Assembly: GCA_963827315.1 (NCBI GenBank)
Contig: CAWHAL010000004.1
Span: forward strand, 221,829 to 285,828
Source of the DNA: an uncultured Planctomycetota bacterium
GTDB lineage: Bacteria > Planctomycetota > Phycisphaerae > Sedimentisphaerales > Anaerobacaceae
Direction: 5' to 3'
Length of the DNA stretch: 64,000 nt
Shown: piece by piece, positions 11,685 through 20,524 of the stretch
Numbering within the stretch: the stretch's first letter is position 1
How the letters are laid out: every line of letters begins with the position of its first letter
Made by a program: the position numbers and the translations under genes
Notes under the pieces: generated by a model
Told to the model about the DNA's origin: nothing
The model's database searches: none
Seen by the model: the letters and a program-made list of their open reading frames with translations, nothing else

Positions 11685-11761
11685 AATCTCAATCCCCCAA
11701 CAGTAAATTGTCAATAGTAAATAATAAATTGAAATCCCCTATCCCCTATACGCTAATTTTT
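11685..11761. repeat. heptad-phased tract (11 units, AAT-family plus ATCCCCT x2)
   Basis: AATCTCA ATCCCCC AACAGTA AATTGTC AATAGTA AATAATA AATTGAA ATCCCCT ATCCCCT ATACGCT AATTTTT. Confidence 0.8.
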
Positions 11762-11852
11762 TTCCTTGCTTTTTCTGACAATTCCGGCCATAACAGTTAT
11801 CACAGAAGCCTAAACCTAAGTAAATGATTATCAAAATCGAAGGAGAAATATT

Positions 11853-12569
11853 ATGAACACGAAATTGTTTCCAGCCTGCGGCCAAGCTGCCGTTATTTTG
11901 GTATTGACAGTTCTGCTCATTTGGCCGGCTCAAGTCTTGGCGGTGGACGCAAATTCAACTGCCGCGAAGGATGTTAATTCGGCCGGGGCGGCAGAGCTTA
12001 AGCCCATCCAGCTTCCCAAGCCGCAGATGGACGGCGGTAAACCCCTGATGCAGGCGTTGAAGGAGAGAAAGTCTTCGCGCGCATTCAGCACTGAGAATCT
12101 GCCCCCGCAGGTGCTTTCAAATATGCTCTGGGCAGCCTGCGGAATCAATCGCCCCGACGGAAAGCGTACTGCACCGACCGCGATGAACAAGCAGGAAATC
12201 GATGTCTACGTTGCCACTGCCGAAGGCCTTTACCTCTATGATGCGAACTCACATTCGCTAAAACCTGTCCTGGCAGGAGACATCCGTGCTGTAACCGGCC
12301 GTCAGCCGTTCGTCAAAGATGCGCCCGTAAACCTCATCTTTGTCGCCGACCTTTCAAAGATGGGCAATTCCCCAGCCGACCAAAAGGATTTCTATGCAGC
12401 TACCGACACGGGCTTCATCAGCCAGAATGTTTATCTGTACTGTGCTTCTGAAGGATTGGCGACTGTTGTGCGCGGCGCTGTTGACAAACCGGCCCTGGCC
12501 AATGCGATGAAACTGCGACCCGACCAAAAGGTCGTCCTCACACAAACGGTGGGCTATCCGAAAAAGTAG
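11853..12569 (+). CDS. secreted nitroreductase-family (SagB/ThcOx-like) protein
   Basis: Signal peptide. RKSSRAFSTENLPPQVLSNMLWAACGINR, and a C-terminal nitroreductase fold (TDTGFISQNVYLYC). Confidence 0.7.
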   Translation: MNTKLFPACGQAAVILVLTVLLIWPAQVLAVDANSTAAKDVNSAGAAELKPIQLPKPQMDGGKPLMQALKERKSSRAFSTENLPPQVLSNMLWAACGINRPDGKRTAPTAMNKQEIDVYVATAEGLYLYDANSHSLKPVLAGDIRAVTGRQPFVKDAPVNLIFVADLSKMGNSPADQKDFYAATDTGFISQNVYLYCASEGLATVVRGAVDKPALANAMKLRPDQKVVLTQTVGYPKK

Positions 12570-12662
12570 TAATTGCGCAAAATAGCAAACCTTGTGCCGC
12601 ATTAACGCTGCGTTTAGCGCGGTATGCGTTATTTGGTGCGTTGGGGGCCAATTGCGTAGGCA

Positions 12663-14177
12663 TTACCGCACAATCCTAAACGCATAGGCGTATTGACACG
12701 GTCTGGTGGCAGGAAGGCTGATGTGTAAGCCTTTTGCGTCACGTGTCCATTTCAGTTCGCCCTGATGCCCCAATAGGGTCACCGCTCTTATAGCCCCCAC
12801 CGAAGGCTCCCGTGTGGACAATGATTCGATGTGTAAGACATTGTCCCTGGGCCAATCCAGCGCAATGGCGTAGAGTGTTTGGCCGTCTTTGGATTGGGTA
12901 AAACGAATATCACGCTCAGAGAAGGGCGAAACCCGGGCACGCGGTTCCGGTTTTTTTACCGGCCCTTCGCCGAAGCGTATCCACGGACGCGAACCAAAGA
13001 TAGCCTCGCCGTTGATGCGGTTCCACTCGCCCAGCTCCCTGAGGATACTTATCGTATCGTCATCAAATGTGCCGTCCGCCCTCGGCGGGACATTCAGCAG
13101 CAAGTTGCCGTTTTTGCTGACTATATCCACAAACTTATCTATCAGTTGGTCTGCTGAAGTGTACGGCACTCTTGTATCATAGCCCCACGGTCCAATCGAG
13201 TCGTCGGTTTGCCAGGGCTGTTCGAGCAATCTGTCCGGCACATTTCGTTCGTAGTCGAGCGTTGCGATACCGGGGACATACCAGCCCTTGTTGTTGTCCT
13301 GACGCATTGCTGAGGTCTTATATGTTAAGACGACCTCCTGACGGCCATGGTGTCGCTGCTGGCCGGCATTATAATAGTGTGCCACAACCTCAAAACCGGT
13401 TTGTCCCTTGTCGTCGAGGAAGGGGATAGCTCCGTCAAGGTACACCAAATCCGGCTGGTAGTTATCTATCAAGTCGAGCGTACGCAGCTTCCACGACTGT
13501 TTCCACCACGCTGGCGATACAGCGGGATAACGCATTGCCGTATCGCCGTGTGTCGGATGGTAGAGTTCTTCAAATTCCTTTAGGTTGCCGTCATACGGCA
13601 CGCCTGTGTAAGGGCCGTTGGAATCGGCACCATGGCTGGTCTGGAACCAGCAGTAGCTGTTAGCTAAGTGATTAGTCACTCCAAAGCGCAGTCCGTAAGC
13701 CAGCGTCGCCTGGCGCATCATTCCGATTAAATCCTTCTTCGGGCCCATATTCACGGCGTTGAATCGCTGGTATTTCGAATTCCACAGGTCAAAACCGTCG
13801 TGATGTACCGCACAAGGCGTGAAGTAGCGGGCCCCCGCATCCTTGAAAAGCTTAAGCCACGCATTGGGGTCAAACTTTTCTGCTTTCCATAAGGGTATAA
13901 AATCCTTGTACCCGAATTTGCTCGGATGGCCGTAAGTCTTGACGTGATGTGCATAGACCGGGTCGTTTTGGTCGTACATCCTGCGCCCGTACCACTCGCC
14001 GCGTTCCGCCACAGAATACACCCCCCAGTGCACATAAATCCCCAACTTGGCGTCGCGGAACCATTCAGGACATTCATATTGTTTCAACGACTGCTCATTT
14101 GGCTTAAAATGCACATCTGCACACGATAGCTGAACCAGTGGCAAAAGCATCAAAGCCAACAGCATTCTTGTCTTCAT
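12663..14177 (-). CDS. alpha-L-fucosidase, GH29
   Basis: WFRDAKLGIYVHWGVYSV and HHDGFDLWNS. Start set at MKTRMLLALMLLPL (signal peptide) with GGGAG upstream. The ORF track start is 14222. Confidence 0.85.
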   Translation of the reverse strand: MKTRMLLALMLLPLVQLSCADVHFKPNEQSLKQYECPEWFRDAKLGIYVHWGVYSVAERGEWYGRRMYDQNDPVYAHHVKTYGHPSKFGYKDFIPLWKAEKFDPNAWLKLFKDAGARYFTPCAVHHDGFDLWNSKYQRFNAVNMGPKKDLIGMMRQATLAYGLRFGVTNHLANSYCWFQTSHGADSNGPYTGVPYDGNLKEFEELYHPTHGDTAMRYPAVSPAWWKQSWKLRTLDLIDNYQPDLVYLDGAIPFLDDKGQTGFEVVAHYYNAGQQRHHGRQEVVLTYKTSAMRQDNNKGWYVPGIATLDYERNVPDRLLEQPWQTDDSIGPWGYDTRVPYTSADQLIDKFVDIVSKNGNLLLNVPPRADGTFDDDTISILRELGEWNRINGEAIFGSRPWIRFGEGPVKKPEPRARVSPFSERDIRFTQSKDGQTLYAIALDWPRDNVLHIESLSTREPSVGAIRAVTLLGHQGELKWTRDAKGLHISLPATRPCQYAYAFRIVR

Positions 14178-14297
14178 AGATGTTTTCTCCCTTATTGACA
14201 CATAGCGCCTGGGCAAAACCATAATATTTAGCAGGGGTAATTCTTTCCCGCCATTTATGGCGGGCTTTGCCGTTACTTACCATCGCAATCCCAACCC

Positions 14298-14395
14298 AAA
14301 TAATAAATCGTCAATGGTAAATAATCAATTGATTCCGCCACGCCTTGGGGTCCAAATCGAAAATCTATCCCCAATCCCCACCCCCTAATTATTAT
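14298..14395. repeat. heptad-phased tract, 14 units in one unbroken phase
   Basis: AAATAAT AAATCGT CAATGGT AAATAAT CAATTGA TTCCGCC ACGCCTT GGGGTCC AAATCGA AAATCTA TCCCCAA TCCCCAC CCCCTAA TTATTAT. Confidence 0.8.
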
Positions 14396-15432
14396 TCAAT
14401 ATCAGCGATGTCGCTCTCCGGCTCACCGACTAAATAGATTCTGTTTTTGCCGCTTCGTTTTGCATCTAATAGTGCATTATCCGCCTGCAAAAACAGCTCC
14501 TGTACCGTCGAGCCGTCTCGCGGGAAGCTCGCTAATCCGCCGCTGATTGTCAATACACCTTTTCCTTCCGGCCCCAATGAATCGAATTCCGTTTTTTGAA
14601 GTTCCTGTCTGAGCCGCTTCGCTATGAAAATAGCATCTTTCGGATGATCCGCTGCGGCTGAGCGTCTCTCCGCCTGCGGGCCGCTTTGCTGAATGCGTGG
14701 CTCATTCCAGAAGATAACGGAAAATTCATCGCCGCCGACTCTGCCGACAACATCGTGCGGCCGACAACATCGCCGCATCAGTATCGCTGCCTGCCTTAGG
14801 ATTTCGTCGCCGGCCGAATGGCCGTAAACATCATTGTAGTGCTTGAAGTTATCGATATCAAAGACAAGAAGTGTTACCCTTCCCCCACCCTGCTTTGCGC
14901 GTTCTATGACTTGTTTGCAGAATTCCCAGATGTACCTTCTGTTTTTCAGCCCCGTCAGTTCATCCTCGGTAGCAAGCTTTTCAAGCTCCTTTATTTTCGT
15001 TTCCGTGCCGGCGTCGATACGGACAGGCTCCTCAGCCGCAACCCCGACCGCCGGCGGAGCCGCCAGTTTACGGAATCTGCTAAATGGAAGCGGGCAAATC
15101 ACATAGTCATCGGCGATGTTCGCGTCTTCTAAGCCTCCGGCAACCAGCTCGATTGCTGCCGGCTCCTGATACATCTGCGCCAGCAGGACAATCTTAGCGC
15201 CGGCGGCGACTTGCCGAAGGCGTTTCAATGCCGAACCTGACTTGCTCAGCGAATCCGATATCACTACACCAATCGCTTGAAAGGTTTCTTTGCCTGCCGC
15301 CTCTATTGCATCACCAATGTCCCTACAAACCTGGCAGCGGGGGCCCTCGATAGCAGCGGTGTCTAAAAAGGCCTTGCTGATATCGCCTACAAGCAGGATT
15401 CTGTAATCGTTTTTACCAGATAAAGCTGCCAT
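14392..15432 (-). CDS. diguanylate cyclase (GGDEF) with degenerate receiver-like N-domain
   Basis: GGDEF with an RxxD I-site (RPHD-VVGRV-GGDEF). The N-domain is ILLVGD...VISD...ICPL, where the conserved DD pair and the Lys of a CheY receiver are replaced. Start set at MAALSGKNDYRILLVGD. Confidence 0.85.
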   Translation of the reverse strand: MAALSGKNDYRILLVGDISKAFLDTAAIEGPRCQVCRDIGDAIEAAGKETFQAIGVVISDSLSKSGSALKRLRQVAAGAKIVLLAQMYQEPAAIELVAGGLEDANIADDYVICPLPFSRFRKLAAPPAVGVAAEEPVRIDAGTETKIKELEKLATEDELTGLKNRRYIWEFCKQVIERAKQGGGRVTLLVFDIDNFKHYNDVYGHSAGDEILRQAAILMRRCCRPHDVVGRVGGDEFSVIFWNEPRIQQSGPQAERRSAAADHPKDAIFIAKRLRQELQKTEFDSLGPEGKGVLTISGGLASFPRDGSTVQELFLQADNALLDAKRSGKNRIYLVGEPESDIADIE

Positions 15433-15576
15433 AACCGATAGTTCTTTGTTGGACTCGAAATATTGAATTTTACGGTAAAATAGCGCAAAAACTGGCTGAT
15501 TATCGGTCCCTATCTTACCACAAACGCCCCGAAAAATCAACGCCCCGTCGCCGCGGCTCTTGGGGCGCAGGCAACT

Positions 15577-17466
15577 TCAATCCCCCTTAGGCAGGTTTTC
15601 GAGGTTTTCTTTGACCTGCTCGGTGTGGAAACTGTCCGGATACAGCTTAATAAACCTTGACAGAATCTCTCTTGCCTCCGCCAGATATTTCTTTTTCTGT
15701 TCCGGTTTTGCCTCACTCTGCTGCTGCCATTGAGCAATCTTCAAACGCCCAAGCTCATACAGCGCTTGCATACCTGCATCAGTATTTTGAAATTTTTGGT
15801 GAAGCTCAGCGAGTTTTTCGGCCCTGAGCTGCTCATCTGCTATCAGCTTCACCTCGGCCAATAAGATATTATCGCATAATGGGTCGTTAATGCCGGCGCC
15901 GTGGAGTAAATCTTTGAGTTCGGCTGCATATCCGGGTGCGTGCGGGTTTAATGTGACGAACTTTGCGAGGTGTTTTTCCGCCTGCGCGTCACCAACTCTG
16001 TTTTCCCTGCTTATAAGATTGCGCAACTGGTCTAATCTTCCCCGCAACTCGATTAGTTTAGGCCTTGTCATCACCGACTCAGCCGGCGCGTGAAAGGGGC
16101 TAAAAAACGTTTCGCTTTTTGTTTGTTCTTTTGTCGGCTGCTTCAGTCGTTCAGCGAGCATGGTCTGCGCTTCAGCGAGCAGCTCATCAGCGAGCTCGAA
16201 TTTGCCCAGGCCGGCCAAGTGCTCTGCTATCCGCCATCGAGCCTCCAGCGATTCGGGACTGTTGCCGAATTCCTTATACAGACGATACCATATCTCGCGG
16301 GACCTCTCGTGAGGATAATCATAGTAGAAGTGCAGGACCTCCTTCTGTCCGAGGGCCTCGATGTCGGGGCTGTACTCGCTCAGCATAGCCTTATAGTACA
16401 GCCCTATAGGCATACGTTTGCTTTTTGGACGGCGATTTATAAATAAATCGTACTGCTGCAGGAGCCGTTGTTTTTCCGCCTGGTAATTCAGTTCCGGCGG
16501 TACAATTAACCAGCTTGGCCAGCGGCCCTGACTTAACTGGGACTGAATCTCTTTCTTAAGCTCAGTGCGCAGCGCTATTGGCTCGGAAGGATAAAAAAAT
16601 CCCTCCAAATACTTTCTCACTGTGGGGGTTTGAATCGTTTTATCAAGCGTTTCGGTTATACTGTGGTCGTGAAGTTTGCTTATCTGCTCGGGATTGTTGC
16701 CGGCGACATAAAGTTGATAGTCCAGCTCGTCAAAACCGATTTTTACTTTGAATAGCACGACCGCTATCAGGAGTATCGCGCAAATAAAAGTCCACACCAG
16801 CCCCGGCCGATATCGCGTAAAATGGCCCACTGCCAGGACCAGTCCTGCTATTAGTAAACCCATAAGCCAGGCGCAAACCCACGGCGTAAAAGAAAATCCA
16901 AACTTAAGCGGCTCAACACCCCTTGTGCCGCCGAAGTATCCCCAGTAAACAAGCTGAGGTGCGATGCATAGCGCTATTGCTGTAAAACGCGACCGGAAGC
17001 GCAAAGGACGACAGGCTGCCGCCACGCAGCTTATCAAAAGACAGACCGCAAAGCCCGGCAGGTTCGCCAGAAAAACCACCGCAGCCACGAAAAGCAAACT
17101 GTGCCGAAGACTCATAAGCTGCGATATCAACACCGGCGAAATACCCATAATTCCCATAAGCAGACCCAAAACAAGTATCTGCCACGGATACTCAAATATG
17201 CTCGCGCCCTGTACAGTGAATTGACCTAAGTACCAGGATTTGAAGGAAGTTACAGAGCCAAGGCTGAATTCGAGGTACGAGCCGCTCACTACCTTCGACC
17301 ACAGCGCACAGCATACTGAAAATACGGCGAGTGCCAGCAGCCAGCATCTTTGAACATTCCTGTGGCTGTAATGAAGTGTAGGCCCGACCGCCAGGAATGA
17401 TTTCGCCGGCCCATTCTGACGCGCCGTGGCTGTTTTGGGTGCTTTTTTTGCCCGCTTATCTTTCAT
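15577..17466 (-). CDS. hypothetical polytopic membrane protein with C-terminal helical/TPR-like domain
   Basis: 629-aa ORF with about 8 TM helices in residues 40-260, then a helical soluble region. No family recognised. Confidence 0.5.
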   Translation of the reverse strand: MKDKRAKKAPKTATARQNGPAKSFLAVGPTLHYSHRNVQRCWLLALAVFSVCCALWSKVVSGSYLEFSLGSVTSFKSWYLGQFTVQGASIFEYPWQILVLGLLMGIMGISPVLISQLMSLRHSLLFVAAVVFLANLPGFAVCLLISCVAAACRPLRFRSRFTAIALCIAPQLVYWGYFGGTRGVEPLKFGFSFTPWVCAWLMGLLIAGLVLAVGHFTRYRPGLVWTFICAILLIAVVLFKVKIGFDELDYQLYVAGNNPEQISKLHDHSITETLDKTIQTPTVRKYLEGFFYPSEPIALRTELKKEIQSQLSQGRWPSWLIVPPELNYQAEKQRLLQQYDLFINRRPKSKRMPIGLYYKAMLSEYSPDIEALGQKEVLHFYYDYPHERSREIWYRLYKEFGNSPESLEARWRIAEHLAGLGKFELADELLAEAQTMLAERLKQPTKEQTKSETFFSPFHAPAESVMTRPKLIELRGRLDQLRNLISRENRVGDAQAEKHLAKFVTLNPHAPGYAAELKDLLHGAGINDPLCDNILLAEVKLIADEQLRAEKLAELHQKFQNTDAGMQALYELGRLKIAQWQQQSEAKPEQKKKYLAEAREILSRFIKLYPDSFHTEQVKENLENLPKGD

Positions 17467-17717
17467 AAACTTAATCTGCCATTAGGACCTGAATGCACTG
17501 GCAAGCCGGAAACTTTGCTCCGTCGTAGTTGTAAAAGTTATTGCCGTCGCCGCCCATAGCTCGCGAAGCCGGCATTATACCCACAGACTCAGGTATAAGA
17601 CAGCAAAAACCAACGTTTTTTAGTTACTTGCAGCAGTTTGCGGTAAAAAATTTGATTGAAACCGGGACGGCGAATAAGCAAAATACGAGCAAATCAAGGA
17701 TTTTAGGGAATCAAAAA

Positions 17718-18069
17718 ATGCTCAGCAAATACTTTGGACTCTCAGAAAGGCAAACGAACTTCAAAATTGAGTTAGTCGCCGGCCTTGATTATGGTCGGCT
17801 TGTTCATGATGAAGGAGATTAGCAGGATCAATTTCAGGAATATGGAGGAGGCGTTTCCAGCCTTTATCATCATGGTAATGATAGCTCTTAGCTACAGCAT
17901 CAGCACGGGGCTGGCCTTCGGCTTTATCTCATTTGCGCTCATAAAGTTACTTTCCGGCAAAGCAAAAGATGTCAAACCAACGATGTGGGTCATCGCAATC
18001 TTGTCCGTACTGTTTTTGACAATGGACCGCATAGGTGGTATTATCGAGTACGTGCGAAATCTTAGCTGA
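17718..18069 (+). pseudogene. NCS2/AzgA-type purine permease remnant (large internal deletion plus frameshift)
   Basis: N-terminus MLSKYFGLSERQTNFKIELVAGL matches the AzgA/AdeP N-terminus. After about nt 17785 a second frame gives LIMVGLFMMKEISRINFRNMEEAFPAFIIMVMIALSYSISTGLAFGFISFALIKLL, which matches the last ~90 aa of that family. About 330 codons in between are missing. Confidence 0.75.
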
Positions 18070-18093
18070 CATCGTAACTGTAAGGAGGTTGAT

Positions 18094-18657
18094 ATGCTAA
18101 ATAAACTTTTTGTACTACTAACTGTAGCGGCATTATTGGTCTGTTCCTGTAAGGGCAGCGGGCAGAGTGGTTCTGAACCAGCGGGAGGTGAGAAAATGGA
18201 AATTAAAGTTACAAGTTCAGCCTTTGCGGAGGGTGGTATGATTCCGCCGAAGTATACCTGTGACGGGCAGGATATTTCGCCACCTTTGGAATGGGGTGCG
18301 GTTCCGGAGGGCACCAAAAGCATCGCTCTTATATCGGATGACCCCGATGCCCCAATGGGTACGTGGGTACATTGGGTTCTGTTTAATCTGCCTGCTCAGA
18401 CAAGGAAGCTGCCCGAGAACGTCCCCCCTGATAAGAGCCTGCCAAGCGGAGCCAAACATGGTATCACTGATTTCGGGAGGGTTGGCTATGGCGGGCCCTG
18501 CCCACCGAGCGGTACACACAGATATTTTTTCAAGATTTACGCACTTGACACCGAGCTGCAGCTTGGCGCAGGCGCCAGCAAACGTGATTTGCTAAAAGCT
18601 ATGGAAGGGCACATCCTCGCGCAGGGACAACTGATGGGCAAATACAAACGTAAATAA
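18094..18657 (+). CDS. YbhB/YbcL-family PEBP (Raf kinase inhibitor-like) lipoprotein
   Basis: Lipobox [62 protein letters not shown]. Confidence 0.85.
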   Translation: MLNKLFVLLTVAALLVCSCKGSGQSGSEPAGGEKMEIKVTSSAFAEGGMIPPKYTCDGQDISPPLEWGAVPEGTKSIALISDDPDAPMGTWVHWVLFNLPAQTRKLPENVPPDKSLPSGAKHGITDFGRVGYGGPCPPSGTHRYFFKIYALDTELQLGAGASKRDLLKAMEGHILAQGQLMGKYKRK

Positions 18658-18686
18658 GTCGGCTGTGCGCTGCGTGGGCTGCGGGC

Positions 18687-19568
18687 TTAGAAATTTTCGA
18701 GTATCGATGCCGTGTGAACTGCCAGCAACATCAGATAATCGAGGTCGCTGAGGGTATATTGTTCGTGAGCCGTATCGTTATCGATATATATCACACCGAA
18801 GCAGCCGGCCCGGCCCGTTACAGGCGCGATAAGTGCGGAGCGTACCCTTTCCTCCCCTAATTCAAATCCCAGCCGGGGAAACAGCAGAAACTGCCCCTGC
18901 TCCACTGCTTCCGTAATCTTCTCATTGAGTTTTATTTCCTCTAACTGGACTGCCGGTCCGCTTTGTCTTTTGCCTGCGTGGACGGTCATAGGACCACTTG
19001 TCTGGTTGCGCAACGCGCACCAGGTGCGGTAAGCGCTGAACTGCTTTGCCGCTATGTGCAACAGTGCCCGCGAAACCTCATCAAGGCCTTTGGCCTGGCA
19101 TATTTCGCCGGTCGCCTCCGCAAAATCCTTTATTCGTTTTGCCGGCAGCTTTACGGGAAGCGCGGTGTGCTTTGAATCCACCCTTCTTACCGTAATCTGC
19201 TGCTCGCGGGATGGCGTTACCAGCGTATCTTCCAGAGGAATCTCTGCCTCTACGCCGGCCTCTTTTTCCAGGTCAATTTCGATGGCATAATCGGCTATCC
19301 GCAAGGTATCACCACTTTTAACCTCGGCTTTGTGGATAACCTCATCGTTCAAATATGTTTTGTTTACTGAGTCAAGGTCTTCCACCATCCATTTGCCTGC
19401 CTGCGTACTGAAAAGAACGGCATGCTGTCGTGAGACTGCCTTGTCCGGCAGAAGTATCTGGCTGTTTGTGTGCCGGCCGATATAAATTGGCCCCCGCGCG
19501 AATTGAAATTCACGAACTGTGGAATCGCTTTGTTTTAGCACCAAACGCATCGCTTTTGCCACCTGCAT
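18687..19568 (-). CDS. FHA domain / GAF-like domain protein
   Basis: FHA: IGRHTNSQILLPDKAVSRQHAVL...VEDLDSVNKTYLNDE. The C-terminal ~150 aa look like a GAF-type fold (FGVIYIDN). Confidence 0.7.
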   Translation of the reverse strand: MQVAKAMRLVLKQSDSTVREFQFARGPIYIGRHTNSQILLPDKAVSRQHAVLFSTQAGKWMVEDLDSVNKTYLNDEVIHKAEVKSGDTLRIADYAIEIDLEKEAGVEAEIPLEDTLVTPSREQQITVRRVDSKHTALPVKLPAKRIKDFAEATGEICQAKGLDEVSRALLHIAAKQFSAYRTWCALRNQTSGPMTVHAGKRQSGPAVQLEEIKLNEKITEAVEQGQFLLFPRLGFELGEERVRSALIAPVTGRAGCFGVIYIDNDTAHEQYTLSDLDYLMLLAVHTASILENF

Positions 19569-19701
19569 TTGGAATTAGAAATTCCTGCGTTCTGTTATCC
19601 ACCATTTTGGGTATTTTGTCAAGTAATCGTGCAGGCTTTGCACTATAGCAATTATCGGCTGATTGGCTTATGGTCTTAAGCGACTATTATCGGTTCCGCC
19701 A

Positions 19702-20415
19702 TTATTGTAAATCCGCTGCGGTTATTACTTTTCCTGCTCCGGTATTCAGGTATCTTTTGCCAAATTCCCGTCCGAATAGTTTTTTTGCCTTGTCGCCTGA
19801 ACAATGCGCCGGGCCGACGCAGCGCACGCCCAACTGTTTGAAGGCCGAAATGACGTTTTCTATTTTGCCTCGTCCCGCCCATTCCAGATGAAAACCGCCC
19901 ATTACAAGGGCAGCATTTCCTTCGTGCAGTGTTTTCACCGCCCTTATGATTTTCACAATGCCGGGATGTGCACAGCCGGTTATCACTACCAACCCTTCGA
20001 CTGTCCGGACAATCAAAGACTGCTCTTTTATCCAGTTTCCGAGTTGGCCGGTGGAATAAACGTTTTCGCAAATCTTCAAAGGCTGTTCCACCTCGACGAT
20101 ATCTGCGCCATATTTCTGCACATTTTCTTTGAAACTATTTGGAAACGAGCTTAGCAGATAGACCGGCAACTTTGCGTGTTTGCCGAGAAGGTATTTTAGG
20201 CCGCCGCTGTGGTCGCCGTGAATATGCGACAAAACGATGCAGTCTATACTTTCAGGCGCTATTGCTAATCTTTCCATATTATTCAGCAGATCTCGTCCGG
20301 GCCCGGTATCGAAGAGAATCCTCCTGCCAGCCGCTGTGATAAGCGCACCAAAACCCCATCCTGTCTCCAGACCTTCCTTGTACGGATTATTGTCGTAAAT
20401 AACTGTGACGGTCAT
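19702..20415 (-). CDS. MBL-fold metallo-hydrolase
   Basis: LSHIHGDHSGG. Start set at ATG 20415 (MTVTVIYDN, the usual N-terminus for this family). The ORF track start is a TTG at 20436. Confidence 0.7.
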   Translation of the reverse strand: MTVTVIYDNNPYKEGLETGWGFGALITAAGRRILFDTGPGRDLLNNMERLAIAPESIDCIVLSHIHGDHSGGLKYLLGKHAKLPVYLLSSFPNSFKENVQKYGADIVEVEQPLKICENVYSTGQLGNWIKEQSLIVRTVEGLVVITGCAHPGIVKIIRAVKTLHEGNAALVMGGFHLEWAGRGKIENVISAFKQLGVRCVGPAHCSGDKAKKLFGREFGKRYLNTGAGKVITAADLQ

Positions 20416-20462
20416 ATCAGCATTATTATATGTCAAACAGGCGACTACCGTATGACTTTTTA

Positions 20463-20491
20463 TTGGCGGTGGTCCAGTCTCTGCATATAAT
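20463..20491 (+). promoter_or_regulatory. putative sigma70-like promoter of the malic enzyme gene
   Basis: TTGGCG-N17-TATAAT, 34 nt upstream of ATG 20525. Confidence 0.3.
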
Positions 20492-20524
20492 GGTTGAATT
20501 ATCTAATCAGGAGAGTTTAGGATT

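Noticed and set aside
12601-12660. Four TGCGT(T/A) motifs between the convergent nitroreductase and fucosidase genes
   Set aside because: The spacing is irregular (16, 12 and 16 nt), so this is not a heptad tract. The repeat is too short and degenerate to call.
17541-17717. Purine riboswitch upstream of the permease remnant
   Set aside because: No match to the conserved purine-riboswitch junction (UAUAAU...CUACCGGG-type core). Only a small local hairpin is present.
20425-20436. TTGACATATAAT on the minus strand at the MBL gene 5' end as a promoter
   Set aside because: The -35-like and -10-like hexamers abut with no spacer, so this is not a functional sigma70 geometry. A leaderless transcript from the TATAAT alone is possible but unsupported.
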